From an uncultured Methanosarcinaceae archaeon (GTDB taxonomy: Archaea; Halobacteriota; Methanosarcinia; Methanosarcinales; Methanosarcinaceae): DNA of 64,000 nt. Shown here in pieces: positions 34,911-46,768 of the stretch. Within the stretch, counting starts at the first letter, position 1. Every line of letters begins with the position of its first letter. The notes beneath the pieces were generated by a model. That model saw only the letters and a program-made list of their open reading frames with translations, was not told where the DNA came from and searched no databases. The stretch is from NCBI GenBank assembly GCA_963733675.1, contig CAVTET010000012.1, positions 192,001 to 256,000 of the forward strand. The letters run 5' to 3'. A program made the translations under genes and the position numbers.

Positions 34911-35249
34911 CCATTTTATAGTACCAAAGTAGATTAAAGAGAATTTTGATAAACCTTAGATTTCATAAATTGTTAATATTGGCATTATAAACAACCAGCC
35001 ATAAATTGGCATGTAGCAAAACCCTCAAAAATATAACTCATTTGGTTAATAACGGTTTGTGGAAATTTCCAGCTCCACAGCAAGCTGTGGGAAATTCGAC
35101 TGGACAATTTATGTACTTCATACTACATTAATAATTTATGTAATTATACTGATATTCTCTTTATTCGACCTTAGGATATATTTTCAGTCTTTTAACAACT
35201 GTTATTTGCAGGTGGTTCCTATTAGTATATTGGCAAAAAGGGGAATTTA

Positions 35250-35957
35250 ATGGAATCTACACTGAAATTCGGGGATAAAATCGCTGTGGCAGATGTGAGA
35301 AAACTCCATGATATGGAAGATGTATTGTTTGATAAGGAATGGTTTGAGAAAACAGAGGAGATTAATAAAGATATATATTACATGTTCAGGAATCTCGCAA
35401 AAAATGACGATGATCTTGAAGTAATTAAAGGCCATCATCTCAGATATGACATTACTGTAATTCCTCCCGGAATGCTTGGGTTGGAATATACAAAAACTGT
35501 AGGTCACTACCACCCTCAAGTTCCTAGGACAGATATTTCTTATCCTGAAATTTATCAGGTACTTGAAGGCTCTGCTACTTATCTACTGCAAAAAGTGGAG
35601 CATGAGCATGAGGATGTCCTTCAGGATGTCGTGGTTATCACAGCAGAAAAGGGGGATTTGGTGCTTATACCACCAGGATATGGGCATGTGACCATAAATG
35701 CTTCTGAAAATACCCTCAAAATGGCAAACTGGGTTTGCCGCGATTTTTCCTCCATTTATGAGCCTATTAAAAGGCTTTCTGGAGCTTCCTATTTCCTTTT
35801 AAAAGATGGATTTGCCAAGAATCCCCTCTACAGAAATGTTTTACCCATTCGTTTTCTTAGACCTCTGGATTATAACAACTTAGGACTAATTTCGGGAGAA
35901 AATATGTATACACTTGTACATAAAATTGAAAAACTTCAATTTTTGATCTCTCCATAA
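35250..35957 (+). CDS. pgi: Archaeal cupin-type glucose-6-phosphate isomerase
   Basis: LRYDITVIPPG, KTVGHYH, YPEIYQVLEG, IPPGYGHVTIN. Confidence 0.88.
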   Translation: MESTLKFGDKIAVADVRKLHDMEDVLFDKEWFEKTEEINKDIYYMFRNLAKNDDDLEVIKGHHLRYDITVIPPGMLGLEYTKTVGHYHPQVPRTDISYPEIYQVLEGSATYLLQKVEHEHEDVLQDVVVITAEKGDLVLIPPGYGHVTINASENTLKMANWVCRDFSSIYEPIKRLSGASYFLLKDGFAKNPLYRNVLPIRFLRPLDYNNLGLISGENMYTLVHKIEKLQFLISP

Positions 35958-36462
35958 AATTTTTTAAGATATTTAACAGGGATGTTCTGATAGACAAATT
36001 TTATAGATTTTTCCGCTTAGACGCTTAGTTATAAGGTATTTCAATAGATCTATGATTTTCACGAGTTATTTTTATACTATTTACGAGTATATAATTAAAT
36101 TTAGGAGTTTAACGATTGCTCCCATATTATGATCTTCCTCTAGTTCCCTTTGGAAAATCTTTTCTCCACCTTTTGTGTCCTGTTTTCCGTAGATATAAAT
36201 GAGAATGCCAGCTATTTTCTCAATATGAAATCGCTGAAAAAGAACATGCAATTCTTTGAATAATAGGCATAGATAGCTGAAAATACTTTTCACTTTGCTT
36301 TTTTGACTACTGACGTCATCTCTACCTTGAAAAAAGGTTGCATCTATTTTAGTTTTTAAAAACCGTTGTAAAACTGATCAATGAATTGTCATCGAAAGTT
36401 CAAAAATGTGATTTTGATCACGGATACAAAATTGGCTTTGAGGCAATTTTATTTCCTACTAA

Positions 36463-37333
36463 GAGGCTATCCGAAAAGTCCTGCTGATCTGAAGTTATCA
36501 ATGCGCACGCTAAATGTAGGACAGCAAGGTAATTTTCAATTTTCTTTTCCCATCTTATAAGGAGTCTCTGAATCTATTCAACCAAGAATGTGCCCTTTCT
36601 ACAACCCATCTTCTTGCCCTAAAACCAGGTATGTACCTTCTTATGTTTTCTTCTCCACGACTTTTGATATGCGCAGTATAACCATAGTCTTCAACCAATT
36701 TTCTGATATCTGTGAAATCATAACCCTTATCCATGCATATATTCTGAATTATGTCTTCTGGAGAAGGTCTTTCAAAGAATATGGCGTCTAAAGTCCTTTT
36801 TACAAGCTTTTTATCGTGACGATTGGCTCCATCAACGACAACAGAAAGTGGTATGCCTTTACCATCAGTTAAAACAATCCTTTTTGTACCTTTTTTGCCA
36901 CGATCAGTAGGATTGGCTTCTGTTCCAGCTCCACCTAATGGTGTTTTTGTCATAGCACCATCAATTGATTGTCATTCCCATTCTAAATCATTTTTCGAAA
37001 TCATACTCAACAAGACCAGCCAGCCACATGCTCTCAAATAAGCCTGATCGTCGCTATTCCTGAAATCGATCATGTACAGTGCTTGGAGCTCCATAAAATC
37101 GTGGCAATGCTTTCCATTGGTAACCAGTAACAAGGAGATAGAAAATGCCACTCATTATTTTCCTATCACCCTTTCTAGGTCTTCCAGACTTCTTTTTTGG
37201 CTGAGGTACAGGTAGTAAAGGTTCTATTTTTTTCCAATAATCTTCAGAAATTTCGTAGTGCTGAACAATTTTCAGTTTTGTCATTACCACACATGATCTG
37301 AAATTGAAAGTATATTATTTTTCCAATAGGCTC
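36463..37333 (-). mobile_element. IS5-family (IS1031-like) element, copy 2, inactivated
   Basis: IRs GAGGCTATCCGAAAA / TTTTCCAATAGGCTC, TAA target duplication on both sides; close homolog of 8639-9510; in-frame TAG and TGA. Confidence 0.92.
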
Positions 37334-37503
37334 TAAGTACATGTAATTGCAAACCCACGCAAAACTGATAAACGCCATCAGTAGTCAAGAATTGCAGAAA
37401 ATGAGCTCAAAAAACTTCCCCATTAAATCTCAAATAAAAATAAATATTGATATTTTTTTCACAAATGTTGAATAGTTGCTATCTATCCTTATATTTTCCT
37501 CTT

Positions 37504-38778
37504 TCATTTTTGAGTCGACTCCGTAATTTCTCCACTAATGTCTTCCCTTAGCATAGAAACGGCTTTATCAAAATCATTCGTCTGACCGAGAACCCACATA
37601 AGCTTAACAAGCGATGTTTCAGGTAGAGTATCTTCTCCCTCAATTGCGCCAGCCTTAATCATATCATAGCCAGTATCATAGACACGGTCACAAATTCTAC
37701 CACTAAGGCATTGAGATGTAATTACAACAGGTATTTTAGCATATGTGGCTTTTCGGATTAAAGGGATCCAGGTAGTAGAAACATGACCCAAACCTGTACC
37801 CTCAAGAACCAGTCCCTTATACTCATTTTCGATATAAAAGTTAAGAACTGCAGGATCTGCACCTGGGATAAATTTCACAAGAGCACATTTAGGCTCCATT
37901 CCAGGCTTGAATTTTAGAGGTTTTTCTCCACGTTTAGTATAGTCAATGAAAGTTTTTATTTCCCTCGTATTGTAGTCTACAACTCCTATTGGAAGAGAAT
38001 TTATAGACTTGAAAGCATCCCTGCGTGAACTATGCATCTTTCGGACTTTTGTGCCTCGATGAATCTCACAGAAATCATCTGAAGTTGTGCCATGCATAAC
38101 AACCGAAACTTCGGCAACGTCGCTTATAGCTACCAAAGCTGCACAGATCGCATTCATGGCATTGTCACTGCTGGGACGATCTGCACTCCTTTGGGAACCT
38201 ACAAGAACAATAGGTACAGGCGTTTCTATCATAAAAGAAAGGGCTGCAGCAGTGTACATCATGGTGTCCGTGCCATGGGTAATAATCACTCCGTCAGCTC
38301 CTGTGTGTATTTCCTCTACGACTGCATGGGCAAGGTTTTGCCAGGACTCTGAATCCATATTTTCTGAGAGGATGCTCGAGATAACCTTGCCCTTGAAGTC
38401 AGCTATTTCCCTGAGTTCAGGAATTGCGGCAAGGATATCATCAGCGGTAAACTGGGACGTAACTGCTCCTGTTCGATAGTCGATCTTACTTGCAATAGTC
38501 CCGCCCGTTGAAAGAATTGCTACTTTAGGAAGCTTTTTCCCAGGCAATGGAAGCTTTTCTCTTGTCTTTTTGTATTCTTCACGATCTTTACTGCTTCTAT
38601 TTGCATTTTTTTCTTTACTTTCCAGAAGGGTTATCTGGACACTATTCATGGAAAAACCAGCATTATAACCGCTTTTCATTTTTATTGTAATGTATTCTTC
38701 CATTGACGGCATCACTTGGCCTTCAAATACTGTCCCTTTTTTCTCAATACGTATCCAATCGCCTTGTTTGAATTCCAT
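37504..38778 (-). CDS. gatD: Glu-tRNA(Gln) amidotransferase subunit D
   Basis: [10 protein letters not shown]-domain, [33 protein letters not shown]. Confidence 0.96.
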   Translation of the reverse strand: MEFKQGDWIRIEKKGTVFEGQVMPSMEEYITIKMKSGYNAGFSMNSVQITLLESKEKNANRSSKDREEYKKTREKLPLPGKKLPKVAILSTGGTIASKIDYRTGAVTSQFTADDILAAIPELREIADFKGKVISSILSENMDSESWQNLAHAVVEEIHTGADGVIITHGTDTMMYTAAALSFMIETPVPIVLVGSQRSADRPSSDNAMNAICAALVAISDVAEVSVVMHGTTSDDFCEIHRGTKVRKMHSSRRDAFKSINSLPIGVVDYNTREIKTFIDYTKRGEKPLKFKPGMEPKCALVKFIPGADPAVLNFYIENEYKGLVLEGTGLGHVSTTWIPLIRKATYAKIPVVITSQCLSGRICDRVYDTGYDMIKAGAIEGEDTLPETSLVKLMWVLGQTNDFDKAVSMLREDISGEITESTQK

Positions 38779-38946
38779 GCATTAATCCCTTTTCTACTGT
38801 TTTTTGAGATGCTATCTAAATGATACTATCAAAAATACCATATTTTTTGTGCGATACTAATTGTTACATATACTTCTTGCGATTCTAAGAGGTTAAGATA
38901 ATACTAAAATTAAAAATTTTTTCGTGCTTAAACTCAACATTTAAGC

Positions 38947-40416
38947 TTATCTATACTCATTAACTATTGCAAGCAAATTTTCAAAAGCCGAGTTGATAAT
39001 TTTTTTAAGGTTTGCAATTTCCTGTTTGTCAAGTTCTAAATCAGTCTGTCTTTTTGCGAGGTAACGCAGTACTTCCTCTGGAGCAGGCCCACCAGCAACT
39101 TTCCTTCTCTTTATGCTTGAAACAGGGTCAAGAGCTTCAGTTACCATATTTTCAGTTAGTCCCATTCCTGAAAGAGACTCTTCCAACACAATTTTGGCCG
39201 TAGAATCAATATTTTCTAGTGTAAGTTTTCCTCCTTCTTTTGCCAGCATTCCAACAATCTGGTGGGCAGTCCTAAATGGGATGCCTGTTTGACGAACGAT
39301 GGTATCTGCAAGTTCTGTAGCTGTTGTAAAACCTTCAATTGACTTGTCTGCTAGTACGTCAATGTGGACTCTCATTGTCCGTATCATTCCCTCCATTACA
39401 TTTACAGATGCTCTAACCGTTTCAATCGAGCGGCATATATTTGGAGTTGCTTCCTGAAGATCCCTATTGTAACTCAGGGGCAGGCCTTTGCAGATCGTAA
39501 GCAAAGACATGAGAGCTCCAAAAGCTATCCCAGTTTTCCCGCGCATGAGTTCGGCAGAGTCAGGATTTTTTTTCTGTGGCATTATCGAGGAAGTGGAGGC
39601 GTACATATCATTCAGTTCGATGAAATTGAATTCGGATGAAGACCAAACTACAAGTTCTTCGGCCATCCGACTTAGGTTTACCATCAAGTTTGCAAATACC
39701 GATGCGCATTCAATAAGAAAGTCCCTGCTGCTTACTGCATCCATTGAGTTTTCGAGCAAGCCTTCAAAACCAAGGAGTTCTTGAGTCCTTTTCCTGTTGA
39801 GGTTAAAACCCGTAGATGCGAATGCAGCAGCTCCTAGTGGGCAGAGGTTTGTCCTGGAAAAAGCATCCTTAACCCTGTCGAAGTCTCTGCCGACTGCAGC
39901 TTCATGAGCGCATAGGTGATGGGCAAGGGTTGTTGGCTGAGCATGTTGTAGGTGTGTAAAACCAGGCATAAGGGTATTGATATGTTTTTCTGCAAGGTTT
40001 ATCAGGGTGTTTCGTAGGACAAAGATTTCCTCCAGAAGTCCAGTCAGTTCTTCTCTTAGAGCCAGCCGGATGCAGGTTGCAACTTCATCGTTTCTGGAAC
40101 GTCCCGAGTGCATTCTGCCCCCAACTTCTTCTCCAACAATATCAATAAGTCTTGACTCAAGGGATATATGAATATCTTCGTAGCTGAAATCAAGCTCTCC
40201 CATTCCTTCTTCCCGGATTCTCAAAAGCCCGCTAAGGATTTTACTGCAGTCTTCCGTATTAATAATGCATTGTTCTTTCAACATAACTGTGTGAGCAAGG
40301 TCTACTGCTATATCAAAATTAAAAAGCCATTTGTCAGCTTCCATTGAGGAGGTATAATGTAAAATTTCGTCTTTCTGAGCATCTCCCAACCTTCCTCGAC
40401 GTAAAATATTGCTCAT
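38947..40416 (-). CDS. argH: Argininosuccinate lyase
   Basis: HSGRSRND, PGFTHLQHAQP, SSIMPQKKNP, YNRDLQE. Confidence 0.97.
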   Translation of the reverse strand: MSNILRRGRLGDAQKDEILHYTSSMEADKWLFNFDIAVDLAHTVMLKEQCIINTEDCSKILSGLLRIREEGMGELDFSYEDIHISLESRLIDIVGEEVGGRMHSGRSRNDEVATCIRLALREELTGLLEEIFVLRNTLINLAEKHINTLMPGFTHLQHAQPTTLAHHLCAHEAAVGRDFDRVKDAFSRTNLCPLGAAAFASTGFNLNRKRTQELLGFEGLLENSMDAVSSRDFLIECASVFANLMVNLSRMAEELVVWSSSEFNFIELNDMYASTSSIMPQKKNPDSAELMRGKTGIAFGALMSLLTICKGLPLSYNRDLQEATPNICRSIETVRASVNVMEGMIRTMRVHIDVLADKSIEGFTTATELADTIVRQTGIPFRTAHQIVGMLAKEGGKLTLENIDSTAKIVLEESLSGMGLTENMVTEALDPVSSIKRRKVAGGPAPEEVLRYLAKRQTDLELDKQEIANLKKIINSAFENLLAIVNEYR

Positions 40417-41724
40417 AGGTTTTCCTCCCTGTAATCTTTTTTGTGGTCATTCTGAAAGGAACTTGCATGTGTGAGATTTTTTATTCTACTAATAAATTTC
40501 TCTATAAAGTATATCTTGGAGATTAAAAGTGCCCTTGCGCTCATATGTTCAAAATATGTGACAGGATTTCATTCCAAACGCTTTATGTGGATTACTATCA
40601 ATAAATATTTAATAATATTTGTATCAAATGGGCATTTTTTTTCGAGGCGAGTTCAATTAAATTCCAAAATATTATCCATACTTCTGGCTTCTGATACTTC
40701 GCTATAAACCTCAAATTTACTGTTATTCCATCTTTTTACCTCATACATTCCACTACTATTCTAACTCTTAACTTTAATCTCAGTTATTCTTAAACTCGAA
40801 GTACAAACATATCAAATCTTAACTTTTTCTCGTCTACGGCCTTATGTCTCTTTTGAACATACTTTAATCCCATATAAACAAAAATGCTATCTATTTTTTC
40901 AATATGACAGTAGTTTAAAAATTAATCTAACTTCCAATTAATACTAGTGACAAATAGACAGCAAATTGCATATTTGTCTTAATCAGGGAATGTTGGTACT
41001 AAAATTTATCACGGGAAACGTTTGTTCAATGTGATATTTATCTGGTCTCATTATGAATATGGATTTGGCTACATAATAGGATATAATTTAAGTGAAATTG
41101 TAACATCTAAATTATCGTACTAAGTAGCCTAAGTAGGTTTCTTTGGATGTATTTTAGATTTGTTAAGAAAATTTGAATGAGAAAGTTCGCTTATACATAT
41201 TTAAAATCTTTTTATTCCTAAACAAAGCTGCTACCTGAAAAAGAGTCAATTTATAGTCCATTTTTGTCTTCTTGGAATTTCAATTTATCACTTAGAATAC
41301 AAGACCGATTAGAACTTCTTTGGAAAATTTAAAGTATAAACTTCTTTTTTCCCTTGATTATATTAGGAATTATGCATTTGAATTTCCACAACTTTAAAAA
41401 TATTTAAAATACATTAAACTATAAAGAAGTTATAAAAATGCTAAACGTTATATCTATAAAGCTGCCAAAATATACTAACCTTGGTTACCTTATCTTACCC
41501 ACAAAAAGACCTTAAATTACTCTATAATCGTCCCAGCTTTGACTTAATAGTCGAAATTCGGGCTTATGTATCAGAAAAATAAGGTGATACTAAATAAAAT
41601 AGTGCTATATTAATTAAAAGAAGTAAATGGCTTGATCATGAAATTTGTTTTCTTCCTCAAATGTGCATTCCTGTAAGTACATTCAATAAATTTAACGATA
41701 TAGTATCGATCTATAAATAAAGAT

Positions 41725-41945
41725 AACAAAGGGATTGAGGGCATGGCGGGAAGAGATAAAAACCCGCCATTTGTTTGGAGAGAAGGGACAGGATAGACAA
41801 CCAGACCTGCCCCCGGCTGAAGTGTGAACTAGACTGATTAAGAGGTCCACATATATTTTTAGTGTTAAACTATTTAACTTTAAGTACATAATCAAAGATT
41901 AGGGAAGTTGCAAAGAGGCATCCCCCCCGGCTGTCTGTATCGTTT
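41725..41945. ncRNA. Candidate tandem structured sRNA
   Basis: GC-rich island; hairpin ATGGCGGG/CCCGCCAT (41743-41770); second stem GGGACAGG/CCTGCCCC; CCCCCGGCTG at 41810 and 41924. Confidence 0.3.
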
Positions 41946-42167
41946 TTTCATCTGCAAAAAAAGATTCTGGATATCTGTGCAAAAAAGCTTCGTATATTCT
42001 GAAATAACCAAAATCGAAAAAGGAACCAAGGCTTATTAAAGTAACATTTAAAATACCTCTTATAGTCATATCGAATGGAACATCAATTAATCCAAGAAGA
42101 GCAAATAAAATTGCAAACTGGAATAGGGGTACCATGAATAAAATAATCCATGCCGTTAATAAACGAT

Positions 42168-43018
42168 GGCTCCGTTGCAAAAAATTCAAAAAAATATGTA
42201 AATCTATGCGTATAAAAAAATCAAAATATTCAAGGAAAATGTACTAACATTATAAAATAATGCCAAACAACTGATTAATGTATTTGACTTCATTAAGAAC
42301 CGAGTAATTTAAATTATTGACTTGTCTTTTTTAATCATATTCATAGTTTCAATTCCTTTTAAAGTTTTATTAGCAGACCGAAAAGACTGAAATCCTAACA
42401 TTGAATGAACTATCCGCTTTATAGATCTATGATCTTGTTCTATAATGTTATTCAAACACTTGATTTGTCGAATGCCTACGTTTTTAGGTAGTATTTTATC
42501 ATTTTTCAGTTCATCTATAGCAGGTGGATAAGCTGGATTCTTATCAACTGTTATTACTCTCGGAATTTGATTATTATTAGAACTCAAAGCTTTCTTAAAG
42601 AATCTCTTCGCTGCCTTTCTATCTCGTTTTGAACTTAACATAAAATCAATTTTATCTCCATTTGAGTCAACTGCTCGGTAAAAATAGTTCCATTTACCTT
42701 TTACTTTGATATAGGTTTCATCAACTCTCCACGAATCGTTTGTTAGTCTTAAATATTTTCTTATTTTCTTTTCTAGTTCAGGGGAATATTGATGTACCCA
42801 TCTCATTATAGTACTGTGATCAACTTGAATTCCTCTTTCTATCATCATTTCCTTTAAATTTGTATAGCTCAATGGATATTTTAAGTACCATCTTACATTC
42901 AATAGGATAATTTCTCCTTCATAAGGCTTCCATTTAAAGGAATTAGATAGCATATTACTATCTTTGGTTTTCGTTTTATTCTATTGCATCATTAGAAAGG
43001 ATTTTTTGCAACGGAATC
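42168..43018 (-). mobile_element. IS6-family element, copy 3 (no extension; left tip GATTCC; C-terminal frameshift)
   Basis: Right end GGCTCCGTTGCAAAAAATTC at 42168; ORF 42309-42953 ends KKDKSII; no TSD. Confidence 0.93.
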
Positions 43019-43575
43019 CATATCCGTAATACTTTATGATGAATAATTCTTCATAATTTGATTAAGTGTTGATTTTTAATGTGAGGGTTACAATCAAAAA
43101 AATCATAAATTCGTTTAGGTAGTAACTAGGTATAATTTCTTCTTTAGAGCTATAGAAAATTGAATTCTTAGAGGAGATTGCAAAAAATGAAATTAAGGTG
43201 TAGATATGAAGTTTTTTCTTATGAAAGCCGAGAAAATTGGAAATTAATAAGAATAGTCATTCGGAACTACACCAAATCAGAACTAATAAAAGTGCGCTTC
43301 CTTCATCCGGATTTTTGGGCTCATTTTATACCTGGAGCTTTATACGTGACCTTATCCACTTTGATGGTGTTAATAGCAATTTATTATTAATGTTACAGCT
43401 TCCACTAAGAATTTTCTAGAAACGTTATTCTTCACAGATGGAGCTATCCAAAATCCATGTTATTCTAGATCATGATTTAAGATTGTGGCAGGGTTGAAGC
43501 TTCAATCATCTATTTCATTTTTCTTTGATCATATGGGACTGGTATACTTGCCTCTCATCATGGACTTTCGCGGTC

Positions 43576-44196
43576 TTAATGGAGGGATAAAAACGAAGCT
43601 AGAATAGCTAAGATATTTTCTTGCTACAGTAGCATTCCCTCAGCATGGGTATCAGGTGGCCAGGCACTGAGCTCAATAGCTTTCGCTCGGATACGCTGGC
43701 GTTCAGCAACATCGTTATAAGCCCAAATATGCACGAGCTTGTTGAGCGTGCCGATGACTGTTTGCCATGCCCTAATGAATGGTGACAGTTTTCGGCACTC
43801 CTCGATTTTATCACCCCAACGCCTTATGACCTCTGTCATGAAGCTTGTCCCATAGCTGTATGTACGAATTTCATAGATATTTCCATACTCCTTCGGCGTG
43901 ATAGGAGGTGAAAAGGGCAAAAATTCCAAGATTAGCGTATCTTCTTCAAGTATAAACTTTTAGATATCTGCCGGCCATTCTGCCAGTTTTGAAGATTGCT
44001 TCATAACCCGATCACGCTCTATCAGGCTCTCATATGGCTAAATATGAATCACTTGGTTGAGCGTGCCGACCTCTGTATGCCAAAAGCCACCTAGTGGAGA
44101 GAACTTAATGCGTGCTGGCAAGGCGCTTGTATATCTTTCCTCTACGATGGCCATGGCTGCGATTTTCAATTGTTGTCTCAACATCTCGATTATCAT
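43576..44196 (-). pseudogene. Two-domain NIPSNAP family protein
   Basis: MIIEM...GFWHTEVGTLNQVIHI*PY and IYEIRTYSY...GTLNKLVHIWAY; internal TAG/TAA; GGAGG RBS. Confidence 0.85.
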
Positions 44197-44209
44197 GAGG
44201 ATCCTCCTG

Positions 44210-44340
44210 CAGTTAATCGTTCGATGTATATGATAGTGGATATAGCCAGTTCCACAAGACACGACTCATCCCCGGCATTAACGCATAGGTCATCAGGGTG
44301 GCCAAGAGCACATTGGTCACTACATTTGTCGCAGGAGACA
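44210..44340 (-). pseudogene. C-terminal fragment of an ABM-associated membrane protein
   Basis: VTNVLLATLMTYALMPGMSRVLWNWLYP resembles the LMTYxxMP...WL ending of that family. Confidence 0.45.
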
Positions 44341-44429
44341 TAGAATAATGATATATTTATTATTTTATTGAAGAAATATTATTTGATATTTAAGCAATAA
44401 TAAACGAAAGCTGTAAACAATATAAGTAT

Positions 44430-44762
44430 TTATGGTAGTTGGAGCTGAACCAAAGTATTCTCCTTCAAAAGTCATGCAAATTATAAAAAGTATTATAGCA
44501 AGATAAATCTTTAAACAATACCCTGAAATCAAAAAACAGCTTTAGGGTGGTGAACTGTAGAGTGATGGAGGTTACATTGGAACTATAGAAGATGGAACAA
44601 CTTCAGATGTTATCAAAAACGATGTTGAAAATCAGGGAAACAGGGAAGAAAAAGAAGCATATCAGCAAATGAAAATATTCGATTTTTAATAGCCATTAAA
44701 ACCAGAGCGGTGGCGTGAACATACCCCGTTGCTTGCAGCGGGGTATGTTCGCGCAACTTTGA
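44430..44762 (+). mobile_element. IS200/IS605 tnpA 3' remnant with terminal hairpin
   Basis: VGAEPKYSPSKVMQIIKSIIA...SDGGYIGT...DVIKN; arms GCGTGAACATACCCCGTTGC-TT-GCAGCGGGGTATGTTCGCGC (44713-44754). Confidence 0.8.
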
Positions 44763-44782
44763 TTTAAAAATAACTGGGGAGT

Positions 44783-46608
44783 TATGAATATTTCTAATCG
44801 TTTGAGTTCCTATGAACTGGAGATCAGAGTCCAGGAACTGGTAACTGAGCTGGAAAAAATCAATCAGACATTATAATATCAATAATGAGCTGGTTAAACT
44901 TGAGGATAAACTCGAAGCCAAAATAAGGCTCAGAAACAACCGTATTCTTAAGGAAATAAACCGGATCTTCAGCATTGTAGTGCAGGAAAAAACATAAGAA
45001 GATCCGAGGAATGAGTTTTATCTATATCTCTGGAAGTGACCTACAGCCAGCTTGGATTCATCAATTTAGTGAATGATGATGGATTACTACCTGATATTGC
45101 GATCAGCGACATGGTTGGGGTGTTTGATGTGCGGCAAGACTGGGCATCGCCGTTCTCTGGGAGATTTTGTTTTCATAGCTTGTACGGCAGTGTCATTAAC
45201 AGCGAGAAAAGCTTCTTTACTAACTACCCACTGCCACATCCAGATAATATCGATGTGCCACATGATCATCCATCGCTTACTTCATTTCTTGGCGTACCCC
45301 TCGTCTTAGATGGTGGAATAATGGGTATGCTAGGGGTTGCAAACCTTGCGGTGGCTATAGCTGCTAGCAGCAGACGGATCTTGAGGCTATCGCGCCAGCA
45401 ATTGTGCAGGCTCTACAGAGGAAAAGGTCTGAAGAGTATAGTCGTGAAGCTTATGGAGATCTCTAGATGAAATTCAAGGAGTTGCAGGCTCATTCCGAAG
45501 AACTTCATAAAACCAATAAAATGCTGCTGGGAAGTGAAAGGCATTTTCATAAAATGGCTAATGCGATCCCACAATTGGCTTGGATCGCCCATCCATATGG
45601 CTATATCTATTGGTATAATGAACGCAGGTACTCTTAAACGGGCACCACGTCGGTGCAGATGGAAAGCTGGGGCTGGTAGAGTGTTCACGACCAGAAGTAC
45701 TGCCACAAATGCAGGAACAGGGGAATGCTTCGCTTGTTACGGGGCAGATGTTTGATATGGAGTTCACTCTGCGCGGAGCCGATGAAATTTTTCGCCCGTT
45801 ACTCCCGCATGTTTTACTCCTGAAAGACGCTGCAGGGAACATTCTTCAATGGTTTGGAACAAATACCGACATCGTCGAGCGCAAAAAAGCAGAAGAAATG
45901 TTAAAGTTAAAATTAGAAGAACTTAACCAATCAAATGAAGAATTATAACAATTTGATTACGTTTCATCGCACGATTTACAAGAACCCGGGAGAATGATCA
46001 CAAGTTATTTGCAGCTTTTACAAAGGAGATATCAAGGTAATCTCGATGATAAGGCTGATAAATAAAGCCATTCTGCTGATGACGGGGCTTCCCACATGCA
46101 AAATCTGATAAATGATCCTTTAAAATTCTCGCAAATTACTCAAAGTACTAAAGAGCCTGAAACTATGAATTGTGAATTTATTTTGAATCAGGCACTAACC
46201 AATTTAAAATAGATGATAAGAGATTATAAAACTACTTGTATCTCATGATCCTTTACCTGATGTAATGGTAGACTCTACGCAGCTGGTTCAGGCATTTCAG
46301 AATCTTATATTAACGAAATAAAATTTCACAGTGAAGAAGCACCAAAAATTCATATCGCTGCAGAGAAAAAAGCTAGTGAATGGGGATTTTCAATACAGGA
46401 TAATGTAATTAGAATTGATTCGAAATATTCGGAAAGAATCGTTGAAATTTTTAAAAGACAACATAATAGAGAAATATATTCTTGAACATGAATAGAGCTT
46501 GCGAGTTGTGAGACAATTGTAGAAAGATATGGTGGCCGTATATGGGTAGAATCTGAACTAGGAAAAGGTTCAACTTTTTATTTCACTTTACCAATAAACA
46601 CTGCATAA
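44783..46608 (+). pseudogene. GAF-PAS-HisKA-HATPase sensor kinase, heavily disrupted
   Basis: HPSLTSFLGVPL (GAF), QWFGTNTDI (PAS), [10 protein letters not shown] (H-box), [20 protein letters not shown]; many stops. Confidence 0.85.
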
Positions 46609-46768
46609 TTTCAGAAACTAAATTTTAACACATAAAAAAAAGTCAGATTTATATTGAAATTCATCTATTAGAGATATTTCATAAATGAGAACATAATTTT
46701 CTGGCTTGAAGTCGTGAAGTTACCATAGCAATTAAATCAATATGATTCAGGTATAGAATGGTGCAACT

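Noticed and set aside
43624-44040. TAG codons in NIPSNAP and IS5 copy 2 as pyrrolysine sites
   Set aside because: The same frames also contain TAA or TGA stops, so amber read-through would not restore the proteins.
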